Assembly: GCA_035084275.1 (NCBI GenBank) | Contig: CM068750.1 | Coordinates: 7,130,001 to 7,194,000 of the forward strand | DNA: 64,000 nucleotides | Origin: Hydrolagus colliei | Lineage: Eukaryota | Direction of reading: 5' to 3' | The notes under the pieces: model-generated | Database searches by the model: none | What the model was told of the DNA's origin: nothing | The model's input: the letters and a program-made list of their open reading frames with translations, nothing else | Made by a program: the position numbers and the translations under genes | In this document: positions 24,201-36,698 of the stretch, in pieces | Layout: each line of letters starts with the position of its first letter | Position numbering within the stretch: position 1 is the first letter of the stretch

Positions 24201-27200
24201 AAAACACAATCATAGAGGTACATCTTGTAGGAAGCTGCTTTCAGCTACAAATGAGAATACTTTTGTGAAAGAAAAATGTTCCATGCCAAACTATCTCTAT
24301 GATAAAGATTTTGAACTGGCATGAACAACTTGGATGGGGGGAAGAAAAATATATATTTTGACAACATAAAATCCTGAAAAGCGCCTAAAGATTATATACA
24401 GTTATGTGGGGCCAACCTGACCTAATTAATTTCAAGGACGTACACATTGCATTGTCACGGAGGATAGTTTTGGCAGATTTCCCAAACATCAGCTAAGAGT
24501 TCATTTTATTAATAAGCAGTAAAATGCATGGTCAGAGATCTTGAACAAATCCATGTAGATTAGTTAAAATAACACCACAGCACCCGCAACATGAAAGTCT
24601 GTATCTGCTGATATATTGCTGCTAGTGCTTAGTTAGGACTGAGAGTTACTAACTTAACCTGCAGATACCTACAGGTGCAGAATGCTAGCTGGTAGTGTGA
24701 TTTTGCTAAAGGTTTTTCAGAAATATTCTCTGCTGTTTTTTAAAAAAACTGATGAATGGAACTTTGGAAATGCAAAATAAGTCAATTTAAATCATCCGAT
24801 TAGATTTTTTCTAAAAATCTGTCCAATCTGTCCAATCTACAGTCATTGGTTTAAGTCCTAGCTAGTAACTGCTTACCTATATTCCCTTTTAGAAGATACA
24901 TCACTCTTCTTCTGACAGACTATTGGATGGAATATTCCACCGAGATGTAAAGTGGACAGCCTTCATGTTCCTAGAAGTGCATTGAGTCTCGATTTCAACA
25001 CAGGGAAGTGGAAGAATACATTGGACAGTGCAATTGGAGCTTGAGAAGGGGTGGGGGGGTGGGGGAGGGTGTTGGTTGGGTGGAAAAACAAGAGAGGGCT
25101 TTCAAAAGAGCAAGGAACATACCTATAGTAATATTGTTCTCTTAGAGAAAAACAAGAACAGTCGTGACGGAAAGAGAGAGAGAGAGAAGCACTACTCAAA
25201 TGACATGACATTTCTTGAATTCTGCCTAGGGCTGAGAGAGAGAGAGAGAGAGAGAATTCCAAATCCGATGTAGCTTAATTTTGAACTTTAAGCTTAAAGA
25301 TGATTGAGTACACACAGCCACACATTAACTCGTGCAATTCCAGTGTTGTAAGACAAAAGATGCTGGGGGGTGATGGGTTTTTAGGAAGATCGAACATTTC
25401 CTTGTCCATTGGCTTGGTGACTGAGTGCATTGAATGCCGAGCAGAAATCTGTGAGAAACACAGAGGTGGAGGTCCCCAGATCTGGACCAAGCTCACTGGA
25501 CAGCTACAACTGGGTTTATCACTCTGGATCAGCAAGGTGAATAGTAGGCAGGGCTCCTGCCCCATTTCCCACCTGGTGTAGCTTCCAATACATTGACATG
25601 CTGTTCAATTCTGCATGGCTTCAGAACTGAGCCCTCCGAGACATCACAATGACATGATTAAGCTCCATATCAAATCAAAGGATTATTATTATTATCATCT
25701 TGTTCCATGTGATAGCCACACAGCAGGCACCATTTCATAGCTGCAACCCTACTGGTCAATATATGGCTTATGTTTGGTTAGCTTATAGGTTGGCTTGTGA
25801 AGGCTGCCCTGCCATTGTAGGCCCAACTGCACATAAAGCCTTTGTGTACTTGGAAACACAAGACACTAAACTGGTTTAGTCACTGGCTGCTGAGTGTCTA
25901 AAGCAGGTACATAATCTTATCTTGTTCCATACGAGATGCTATCACATGTATATGGATGTTAATGCGCATGCAATGCGATGACATCTGCATCCCTTAAAGG
26001 CATGGAAATATGTGAGTGTCACTTTCTGCACAGCAGGAATCAATAGCTAAACCTCGTGTTACACACCTGGCAGTGCCTTAACCACAGAGTCATTGGGAGG
26101 GAGAGCAATGCTTTGTTCTTTACTTGAAACACATGAATGGTTCTTGGAAAAAGTGCTCCATATGAATCATTGTCCATGAATTTTGAACTCTTAGGCTCTA
26201 GATAACAATCTAAATTGCCTTTTGCCAGCATACAAATACGTGCATACCCAGTGTATAAGCCATGAGTTACAACCCAAACTACCTTTTACATGCTTTATTG
26301 TGATGAGTGGCTCTGTGTGCTTACTATGGAAGACTACTTTTGAGATTAGCTCATCACATCTTCATGTGTTGCCAATCCCAAGGAGCCTCTCCCCATTTCT
26401 GTCCCCAAATGCTTGGGTGATTACAAACTCTAATGCATAATTCAATGGCAGTTCAATGGCAGGTGTTCCTCACTACATTTGCAAGGCAAGTTATGATAAG
26501 CAAATAGCGCATGACCACAGGCACAGCTTTTTGGGTTTATTTCAACAAAACTAATGGGAAATGCTTACATAAATTCTGAATGATTTTGGCTGAAGAAGTT
26601 CTGAATAAGGTGGAAGGACGCACACTGTGGGATAACGTGAAATGAAGTACAGGAAGGTCAACATAGTCACTTGTTTCATCATGAAGCATTGGTATGTCCT
26701 GAGTTTTGTTAGAAAAAGGCCCCAAGCAATTTCCCCATTTGTGATTTCAAGTTGTTTATACAATTGAACAGAAAACCTCACTGATACTATGCATGGAAGA
26801 TAAACAAATTCCCTGTGACAAACTCATAGGAACAAAAACTAAACATTAATAAGGATTTAAAAAAAATTTTTTTACAAAGAATTTGGTTAAATCATTCCTT
26901 AGGACTCACATCATGGATACATGCTAGTTTCCAAATATCTTCCTTCAAAATAAAGAGCAGCCAAAATATGTTAGAGCTCATGTGATATAAACTAAAGTAA
27001 TAAATCAAAGGTTGAGGATTTGTTTAACTGTGCACTGAGAAATGCAATTTTCTGAACCTATTAATCTTACGGTTAACAATCTATTCTAGCAGTGTGGTTG
27101 ACCTTATGGATATTAATAAGATATACTGTAAACTTAAGTCATCCAACATTAATAATGCCATAGTCCACTTTTAACAGTCAGGAAAACTATCAGACACCAA

Positions 27201-27539
27201 GCAGTCAATAGCTATACAGTGTAGCATGAATAATTTTATCATTGCATCAACTAAACTAATCTTAAATTCACTGATACTTGAGCATAAAACGTTTGCTGGT
27301 GCCTCCATTTGCTTTACTATTCTGTTGAACGAGTGGTGGGATTCCAAAAGGGGTGAAGTTGAACTGGAAATGGCAGCCTGTCATCTGAATACAGGCCCGA
27401 CGAGAGAACTTCAAAAATGGCTTGAGAAACATAGCAAATGCTAATTTTACTAAAATTAGCAAATTCAAATTTTTAAGCCGTTAGTGGGGGAACCCAGTAA
27501 CAATATGGTACTGTTAAAAAGTGAGCTTTGTACTTGTTA

Positions 27540-27720
27540 ATTTCCCTCCACTCAGCGGGCTCCGGCCTGCTTCACGTCCCGTGTCACCTGCCCATAGTGA
27601 GCCTGCCTTCTGAACCTCAGTCCCTCTGCTTTGTGCCCTCCCTTGCTTCCTTCAAGATCCATATCAAGACCCTCTTTTTCAACCATACTTTCCATCACCT
27701 TCCATCTCCTAAATTCCTAA
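27540..27720 (+). mobile_element. Degenerate L2 3' fragment
   Basis: ccctccactcagcgggctccggcctgct...ccttgcttccttcaagatccatatcaagaccctctttttc is similar to the reverse complement of 61300-61480. Confidence 0.55.
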
Positions 27721-28850
27721 CCAAAACAACAGCAGAGAACTGCTGGGCAATTGTAATCTGTGGTTCCCAGCTGTTGTGCAAAATAGACTAAAGCAGCACA
27801 TATGTCAAGTTACTGCCCTTTATGGCTACTATCCATCTGCGTGACTGCTGATGCAACTTCTTATCAACTCCCACAACAGGCCAGGAATGTGATGGCACGG
27901 CTGCTACAAGTTGTTTGGCTGAAAGAAAATATTGAGCATTAGGTGCGACAGGCATAATGCATCTCATGATAACATGAATCACAACTTCCTCCAATATCGC
28001 AATAGTGACCAAAAGATCAAGCACATGATGCTTGACCTTACTGCAGCAGAACGCCAGTATAAGGCGCTTTACTATAGACACAGGTTCACTTATAGTTCAG
28101 GGCTGAGATATGGGCACTGACATTTGCCTACCAAAAAATTCTAAAGTGTGGGAAGAAAGTTTACTTTAAAAAGCCTGACACTGCCCCGCAAGCTAAAAAA
28201 AAGGTCAAAATACAGGTTTTCAAATGTCCACCAATGTGACCTCAATTGCTTTTGTGCCGGGAAACTGAAATGGACGACTTCTGTGGCTTCCTGCACAAGT
28301 GACATCAGCTGCAACAATACTAATAATCCTTGCATTTGATAAAACAACCCAATTATCCAGAAATTGTGGGTTGTATTTGGTCTGAGCTCCTATTCTTAGC
28401 TCTTAATCTAATAGTAGCTAATATAGGTGACAATGTGTAGGTGAACAGAGAGCATTTACTAGCCCCTCCACCCCCCACCCCCCCATATCCATGTGCATTT
28501 ATATAACCCGAGAGATATTCACAGTCCAGGCTTACATATCAATAGTGGACAGAGAACAACCGATTCCTGTTCACCCATTCTAGTCAAACACAAACCCCCA
28601 CAGGGGAGGAAGAGAAGGGATAAAATTAGAGAAGATTGGCAAGAGGTGGGGGGGAAAGAAAATATTACACAATACAGACGAGGAGGAATGTATTCTTTCA
28701 ATGGAATGTGACTCCTTACAGGATATACATCTGCAAACCTGGCAGAAATGCTCATTGTTCCAATTCCAAAAGGCAAGCACAAGCTGCAATTTCTCGTTTT
28801 ATTCCACACTATTAATGCCATTGTGAAGTTAACATCCTGCCAAATTCAGT

Positions 28851-29158
28851 GGAGTTCTGTAGCTTATATGTTAGAGCACTCGCCTCACAAGTGAGGACAT
28901 GGGTTCATTTCCCAGGCAGGGCGAAATGTTGGGCAAGTTTCCTTACTTCACATGTCTGTTTACCTAGTTGGAACCCAGCTATTGACGATTGGCAGATGCC
29001 TTTAAAAAAATTAATTAGAACAATTTAGTCACTTTATCTACTACTGTATAAAATCAGCTGCCATATTTTACCCACAAAACATAGTCAATTAACTTGATAG
29101 CATATTCTGTGAATCGATTTGAGACATCTAGAAGATGCGATAAGGCAAGAATTATTAT
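28851..29158 (+). mobile_element. Family A SINE, long form, diverged
   Basis: Head ggagttctgtagct...ttagagcactcgcctcacaagtgagg...ggttcatttcc, extra internal block at 28955-29000, tail ...ggcaagaattatt. Confidence 0.8.
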
Positions 29159-32100
29159 ATTGTTACCTGTCAGTGTCAAGCGCTTATGAATCTGGTTTCA
29201 GATTCTCCAAATTACCTGGATTTACAAAGAACACTATAAAAGTTTGCTTCTAAGTCCTCACGCTATCTTAACATTCCCCTCTCCTTTTAGTGCCTTCCGC
29301 CCCCACACCCACACTCCACGCTGCCCTTCCCTCTCATGCTAGCACACTGCTGGCACAGTCTGAGCTGCAATTGCTACCAACATATCTCAGTGTTGCTTAA
29401 CAGGACACATGCTTTATGGAAGCAGGTCAGGTCTCACTGACAATTTTGTTTCTGACCATAGTATGAGTAGACTGTGCAATCCCAAAATGCCCCGTTTAAC
29501 ATAGCCAAGAAATACTAAAACCGACTAAGTAGCTCACAATACAATAGTTCTCAGTGTAATCCTATTCCATTTCAAATCAGTAATAATGCATTTTAGGTTA
29601 AATTAACAATCATTACTTGTTGAAAACATAATGTAATATAGTGAAGCCAGACAGCTATTCCGAAAAACAAGATAGACACATTTTCCCCTCTCACCTTGTG
29701 GTTGTTCTGATATAAGATTTTTTGTCAATGCATTTGCAATTTTGGTGCTCATTTAGGGTTTCAGCTTTTTTTTAAGGTGACAAAAAAAACTCACATCAAA
29801 CACACGGGGGACAAGAAGGAAATGCTCCTCTCTATAGACACAACTCTACCCATATTCTATATCTCGATCCCATCTTAGAATTTCTTTTAAGAGCTATGAT
29901 GGTACCAGAAGTGGTTGAGACACTCAGTCTGGCTCTCTTCCTGACGTGAATCATTTAAAGACCAGAAACCAAATGAGGTTTGGGATGTTGTCCTTGGTGT
30001 GAATGAACCATTCAAGGTTTCAAGAACAAAATACAGCTTTGGTTTCAGCGTATACACATAGTACAATAAGAATTTACACCAACTGCAAAGCAGAACATTG
30101 CCTTAGTTTACAGCATGTTTGTTGCACATTTATCATTGTGTCCTTTCATTTTATTGGAGCAAAATTCTCAAATGGATTCACATTTTATCAGTCTAGTTGT
30201 GTGTGTGTATGTGGGATTGTGAAATACCATGTCTATTCCATAACTATGAACTAATAATTTCACAAGTTCGAGTTGTTTTGCATACGCTAATGTTTGTAAC
30301 AACATTTAGGGTTAGGCCTTAGTTACTGATGGCTTAGTCTGGGATCCGCAATAGACCACAACTCTCCTTGGATGCCGGGGGTGGGGGGAAGAGAAGGGTG
30401 GGGAGAGAAAGCATACAAAGTAAAGGGAACGGATTAGGCTTGATTGTCATGTTCTCACAAATAATGTTCCGCCAACACTCCCTTTTAATTCTGTGTTGCG
30501 TTGGAGAAACATGTTCAACTCATTCTCGTTCGGTCAATGCACATAAAACGAGTGAGTGTCTCTCTATCTTTGCAATGTTAGGGGCACTGCAGAATCCACA
30601 GTGGAATTTTCCAAATAGAGTTAAATAGTTACAGACACACACATGGGACTGATATAAATAGCAACCATATCAAATCCACTGATTTTTTTTCAAATTGACC
30701 TTTACTGTTAAATACTAACATAGCTTAAAAAATAGCAACCCAGCTGTAGAGAATAATAAAAAAACTTGAACAACATATCTGCAAGTGCAAAGGCTATAGG
30801 AATTAGATTTTGAAAGAGACAATCTGGAGAAATGTGGGTAGCCTACTTCTGAGAACTTAGTCAAGGAACAATGGAGTAGGTGAGATGAAAATAAGGGAAT
30901 TTCCCCATAGTTGCAAAAGAAACTAACAACAGAAGTGGCTGAAATACAGACTGCCAAGTGTGTCAATGTAGGTGTAAGATGTTTATTGCTGGGTTAGCTG
31001 TGAGAAGGATAGGAATATGCAAATGTCATATCTTACATCAAGTTCAATAACAAACTGTACAGGGAATTTTACAAAGACTTCCTAGAACTTCGATACAATC
31101 TCTGTGGTTCATCCCCAGAAGCAACTTGATATTTTCTCCAACCGCTGCCCTTGCTTAGCCCAAGTCCATCTAATAACATCAAAGATTTCAGTCCACCTTT
31201 TGTACTTGTGGGCACCTCCCAGTCGCATTGTGCTCTCTAAAACTTTGAATCCACCTGTTCCACAAACGTTTCATGTTGATGGTTCTAGGAAACTTTTTTC
31301 CTAGAACCATAACATGCAGAAAATTAAATGCTGCTTTTAGTTTCTTTTTGAAAAAGACACACAAAAAAAGCACTTTGTAATTGAAGTCACAGGATATCAG
31401 CAAGTTGGCTATAGAATTGGATATCTTTACTGATTTTTTTTTTCCTCCCTTGCCATGGACACTGAAATTAGTAATTAATAATAATTTGCATTTGATACAG
31501 TGGCCTATTAAGTCTGCCAGACATCTCAAAGTTTTTTTATATATATATATACATACATACACACACACACACGCGCAGTCCAACTACTGGACAGTGATTA
31601 TGAGTCTTAGTTGATTTTTCCTGCTCAATTCTATAGCCAACTGCTGCCTGGTTCAGTTCAGTGAACACAACACAGCCTTTTCTTAGAAAAGGCTTTATTC
31701 TCACACAGGCACAGTTAGTCGGTGATACTGTACAAATAAAGTAGGTGCAGTGTGGATGACTGTGTGTCTACAAACACTTCCAGCAAGAACAATGGCCTTT
31801 TAATAATGTTGCAACATCACCTAATGGGTAATTTAGGGAAGCCAAGTGTGAAACAGTCATACAAATGCAGAAAATCCCAGATTCAGTCTCCGGTCCATGA
31901 TGAATTAGTCTGATATCCTGACTGTCACACTTCTGGTTGATCTACACACGTGGAAAATGGGTGAGGGATGGACTGAGATTAATTGTGTTGACCTCCTGAG
32001 TAAAATATTCTCTAGGCACTCAATTATCTAGACTCACACGTAAACGGTGGTCACTTGCATGAAATAAAGAGAGCAATCAGCAGTGCCCCCAGAAAACTAA

Positions 32101-33719
32101 AAAAAATTCCCCCACAATGAGCATTTAGCTTGAGGGCAGAAATGAGTTTCTACCAACATTTGTACTGTAAACAACAACTCTACTCAGATTAGCTAATAAA
32201 TTATGCATTTTCCAACCACACTTGATAGACTTGTCCTACTCCATGACAGACATGCTGTTGGAACTGGCAAATTAATTGTGTAACTATTTACAATGAATAT
32301 ACAGTAAGTTAAAGCTGTCCATTGATGTTGTCTGTAATTGCAGACCCAAGTACTGCTGCTCCTCATTCAGTGAAATCATAGTTAAGTTGCATTTCTCTCC
32401 TTGGGCACTGTCAATGGCAGCTCTGTAGTAACTGACCACATGCAGTGGCATAATAAAGGATGGTCCTATTGATTTCCTCAAGCCCCTTCCCAATGATATA
32501 GAACTCTGGTATCGCAAAGGGCTCCATCTAGTGGATTGATTGAAGCTAGCAAACTATTGAACTGGTGCAAAACTAATGAGTCAACGTAGATTTGTACCTT
32601 GCTCTCAAATAGGAATCCAGCCACAAACCATCCAATCAATATTATTGCACTGTGTAATCATAAAGGCTAGGCACTGAAAGTATTTTTTAATGGGTTTTCT
32701 TCCCTTTTCCTTATGAAATCTCAAAGGAGGTTAAATAAACACGCGTGAATCAACCAAGTTGAAGAGCAAGACCATTTTAAAACAAAAGTAAGATTGACAA
32801 ACCAGAGGAATTCTCTGCTGTCAAACCTAACAAAGACAGGGATGACTGAGTGAACTAAGGGGAAAGGGAGCAGCGCAATATGAAATTTAGACTTGCTAGA
32901 AGGATGGATGCCTTCTCACTATCCTGAAAAGCTATAATCTATAAAATAAGAATTATTTAGTATGTTTTATGAGTGAATTGAAAGGAAGATAAATATAATA
33001 TTACATCAGGAAATGCAGACTAGTCATTAAAGGACATGATAAAAGTCCAATTGACATCTCCAGCAACTAACTCAAGGTAAGAGAGGACAATGATATACAT
33101 TTTTAAAACCCTCTATATAGAAGAGAACTCTCTTACTCTAAACAAAATAAACAAAAAAGGATTATGAAGCTAGTTTTCAGAAAGAATGATCTCCTGTTTA
33201 TACCAGACATCCTACGATAATTGGATTTGCAATGTGGATAAGCCTTAACTACAGTAGTTTACAAAATATAAACTGAAGTTTTCTCCACACAACACAAGCA
33301 CCCACATACACACCCCGTGTGTGTGTGTGTGTGTGCGCACGCGCTTTGGTGCTGATGCAGTGATATAATATTATTGCATTGCCATATCAACAAAGTATCT
33401 GACTGACAAACTGCCCAGCAGCTTCACAGCAACTGGAGGCAGACCACCCACCAAGATCGGTCTGTTACAATCCAGACCAGTTTGCTACCAACCTTCCTGC
33501 TTGTCTTTTAACTGGCAACTTGAAAGCACATTGTCTGGGGAAATATTCAGAATACAGTACAGTACTGAAGTTTACAACCACCATTATAACTAGGTTAGGT
33601 GTGATATGACCGGGTATACAGCCCAATTAACTCTTAGAATTCCAACAGGTTGAAGGAAATTGTTGTCTCACGATACCAGACATTCTTCCTGGGGTATAGT
33701 TCCACAAATACTGAATGCC

Positions 33720-33990
33720 CTCTAGTATCTTGACTAACTGATCATTCCTTACGAGTGAGTTCAGACTGCAGGCGTTGCCAGACTTTGCAATCGTGGGAGG
33801 CATCACGGTCAATTCCAATGTGGTTTCAACCCAGCGTCCGCACACGTGCACTTTCCCAAAAAGGTCACTGGATAGCGATCAGGAATAGGAATTCTCGCTG
33901 GATTTTGTTCCCCCTCCCTGGCCCACAGCCACTGTGTGAAATTGCAGAATCTCCTGTCTCAGATCTGCTAATTCAGTAAATACTGAAAAT
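33720..33990 (-). mobile_element. Ancient SINE-like family C copy
   Basis: Plus strand ggaggcatcacggtcaa...cgtccgcacacgtgcactttcc...ggtcactggatagcgatcaggaataggaattctcgctgg...cccctccctggccca is the reverse complement of the family core. Confidence 0.6.
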
Positions 33991-35832
33991 TCAACCCAAA
34001 CCCTCTCGCTTCACATCTGATGGATATCTTTACCAAATTTGAGCCTCGCTCCAGAACCTTTTGGTTGCCACTCTTCCAATGGCCAATAATTTTAAAACAA
34101 GACATTCCTACTGTTGGAAGTATCATTTATTGCAATTCATGTACTTTATTTCTGGAACTAGTTACAACAAGGAACACTCCAGCTTTTTAGTTTAGATTTC
34201 CTACTATTTAAAATCCATAACAGCTGGCTCTCCTGGCGTTCATTATAAAGCTCCTTCTCTGCAACAGTACTGTTGTACTGCCTCCCAGGAGTTGTATTAG
34301 AAATGAGGAAGGAGAGGGGCTGCCTGTTCCCTCCATCCCTCCTGCCTGCCTGCCCACTGGCTGGTGCTGGGGTGCAGTTCCAAAGATGTCATCAGTACTC
34401 CAGTAACCAGTAAACCCCCACCACTACTTTCATGGGTAGCCTGGGCAGTGTACGTCACTAGACTACTCAACCTTAGGGGACATTACAGCCAAGTCAAACA
34501 CAGTTTTCACCCATTATTCATGCACACACACTTTCCAGAAGGTGAACGAGAATGAGGGCACTGGTTGAGTTTTTTTCTTCCTCCCCCACCAGCCAAAGGA
34601 TGCTGAGGTCCTTGAACTCAGTCAAGACCAGGAATTGAGTCTGAAACATGTGTAGCTTATTGGTATTGATACATCAGAACCCACTGAAACCATTCAACCT
34701 TTCAGATAAACATTGATTACCCATCGATAACAGAACTGTACATTTGTACTTTTTGCCACGAATATTTCTGGAATTTCCATATGGGGCAGCCATTAAACAG
34801 GTTAATTTGAAATGTAATATATATTAAACATACTTTACCTATATCTGAACTGTAGATTAAATGCCAAGATACTATACAACATGAAGGCCACAATACACAT
34901 GTGAGTTGTTGATTTATTATGAAACTTTTAGAAAGTGATTATAACAGTTCTATTTGAGCATTTAATTTTCCTTCATGGTTAAAGGCCTCTGAGCATAAGA
35001 TTTTTCTTCAACTTTTGAGAAAATGGCCCAATTCAGCAATGTCTAGAAGCTGCAGTAGCAATACTTTGTTATTACATTGTTAGTACAAATATTTCTATAC
35101 ATATATATTTCTATATATATTTCTATACTATAGTCTATTCAGACTGTTAGAATTATTGTGTATGCTGAAAGCTTCCATCAGATTATTTCTCAATGGTCTT
35201 ATACATAAATGGAAATAAATTAACTCTGAATAGGTTGGTTCCAATGGACCTAATGAGGATATATCCAAATGCAGCCACTTCATTTTCTCACCTTCATTAC
35301 TCACAACAGGAGATAAAAACAAGAATCAATACACCCCTACTGACCTGATACATCCTGTACTTCTCCCAAACCTGCTCTTCCTTTAGAACATTTATATTCA
35401 ACACTCCCTGGTGGGTTCTTGGGAATTCAATTAATAGACTCCAGGTTTCCTGAATTATACCATTTGAATAGGATACCTTTGCAACACTTTGGTGCAAGTC
35501 TTTCGACGTGCAATAAAATGTGCCCATTTTCACTCCATTTTGTTTGGTCAAGTAATTAACCTCTTCAGGTGGTCTGAAGCCAACAACTAATATAATAACA
35601 AATAGTTCATTCAGGTTTAAAGTCTTCTGAATGATAGGCTGCAGTCCAGTTGTATTCACACCCACTGTTAAATTAACACTCCATTAAATTACTCTATCCT
35701 TTCATTGTCCACAGCATCTTTAGAAAAGACACAAACTACACATCCCCCCACCCTCCAACCTATTACTTCTATACAAGTGTAATTTTGTTGTTGTTGTTGT
35801 TGTAGAAGTATGTTATTTTATTCTTGCCTCAA

Positions 35833-35945
35833 TGATAATAATCATTGCGTTTGATATAGCGCTTTTCACATCTCTAGACATCTCAAAGTGCTTCATAGAA
35901 TACGTTGTGAAGTGAATTGACTATGTTTTGTGGGCGAAACGCACG
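35833..35945 (-). mobile_element. Family A SINE 3' fragment
   Basis: aataatcattgcgtttgatatagcgcttttcacatctctagacatctcaaagtgcttc. Confidence 0.8.
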
Positions 35946-36339
35946 TTGCTTCACAAAAGTCCATTGAATTATTTGGGGGGCATCTACAGTAAAGCATAAT
36001 CAGATTGCCAAGAACCAAAGACTCTTGCTGCTTCTTAGGAAATCAGAAGCTAACATTCATAATGTTTAGGATTAAAAACCGTAATACAAACTTCACTTCA
36101 ATTACCTCACTTCAAATCTAATTTAAAAATGCATGAATGCACTTACAGTAGTAGGGTTCATAGACCCTCTCTTCCTCTGATATACACATTTTCCAGGCTT
36201 TATTGGTAAGCGATCAGAAGATGGAATTATGGATGTTATTTTCCCCTCCCTAGATCAGGGATGCTGAAATAAATTGCACTTCCCCAGCTAGGATCAAACA
36301 ATACCAAACAAGAATCAAACTACTCTCCACCATTCAGTA

Positions 36340-36698
36340 TAATAATAAATAATAAATAATAAAAATAATAATAATCCTTGCATTTGATATAGCGCTTTTC
36401 ACATCTTATCGACATCCCAAAGTGCTTCACAGAATATACTGCAAAGTGAGTTGACTGTATATTTGTGGGTGAATCGGGGCAGCTAATTGCACACAGCAGT
36501 GTCCCACAAACAGTCGTGGATTGAAATGACCAATTTTATTATTGTGGTTTTTTTTGGAGGGATTATTATTAGGCATGTGGAGTAAGGAAACTTACCCAAG
36601 GTTTCGCCCTGACCTACCTGGATTCGAACCCAAGTCTCCCCAGCTTGGTCTCCCCAACTTGCAAGACAAGTGCTCAAATCACTAAGCCACAGGAGCTC
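36340..36698 (-). mobile_element. Family A SINE, full length, short form
   Basis: Very similar to 51652-51986; long (AAT)n tail; 14-bp internal tandem duplication gtctccccagcttg/gtctccccaacttg in the head. Confidence 0.93.
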
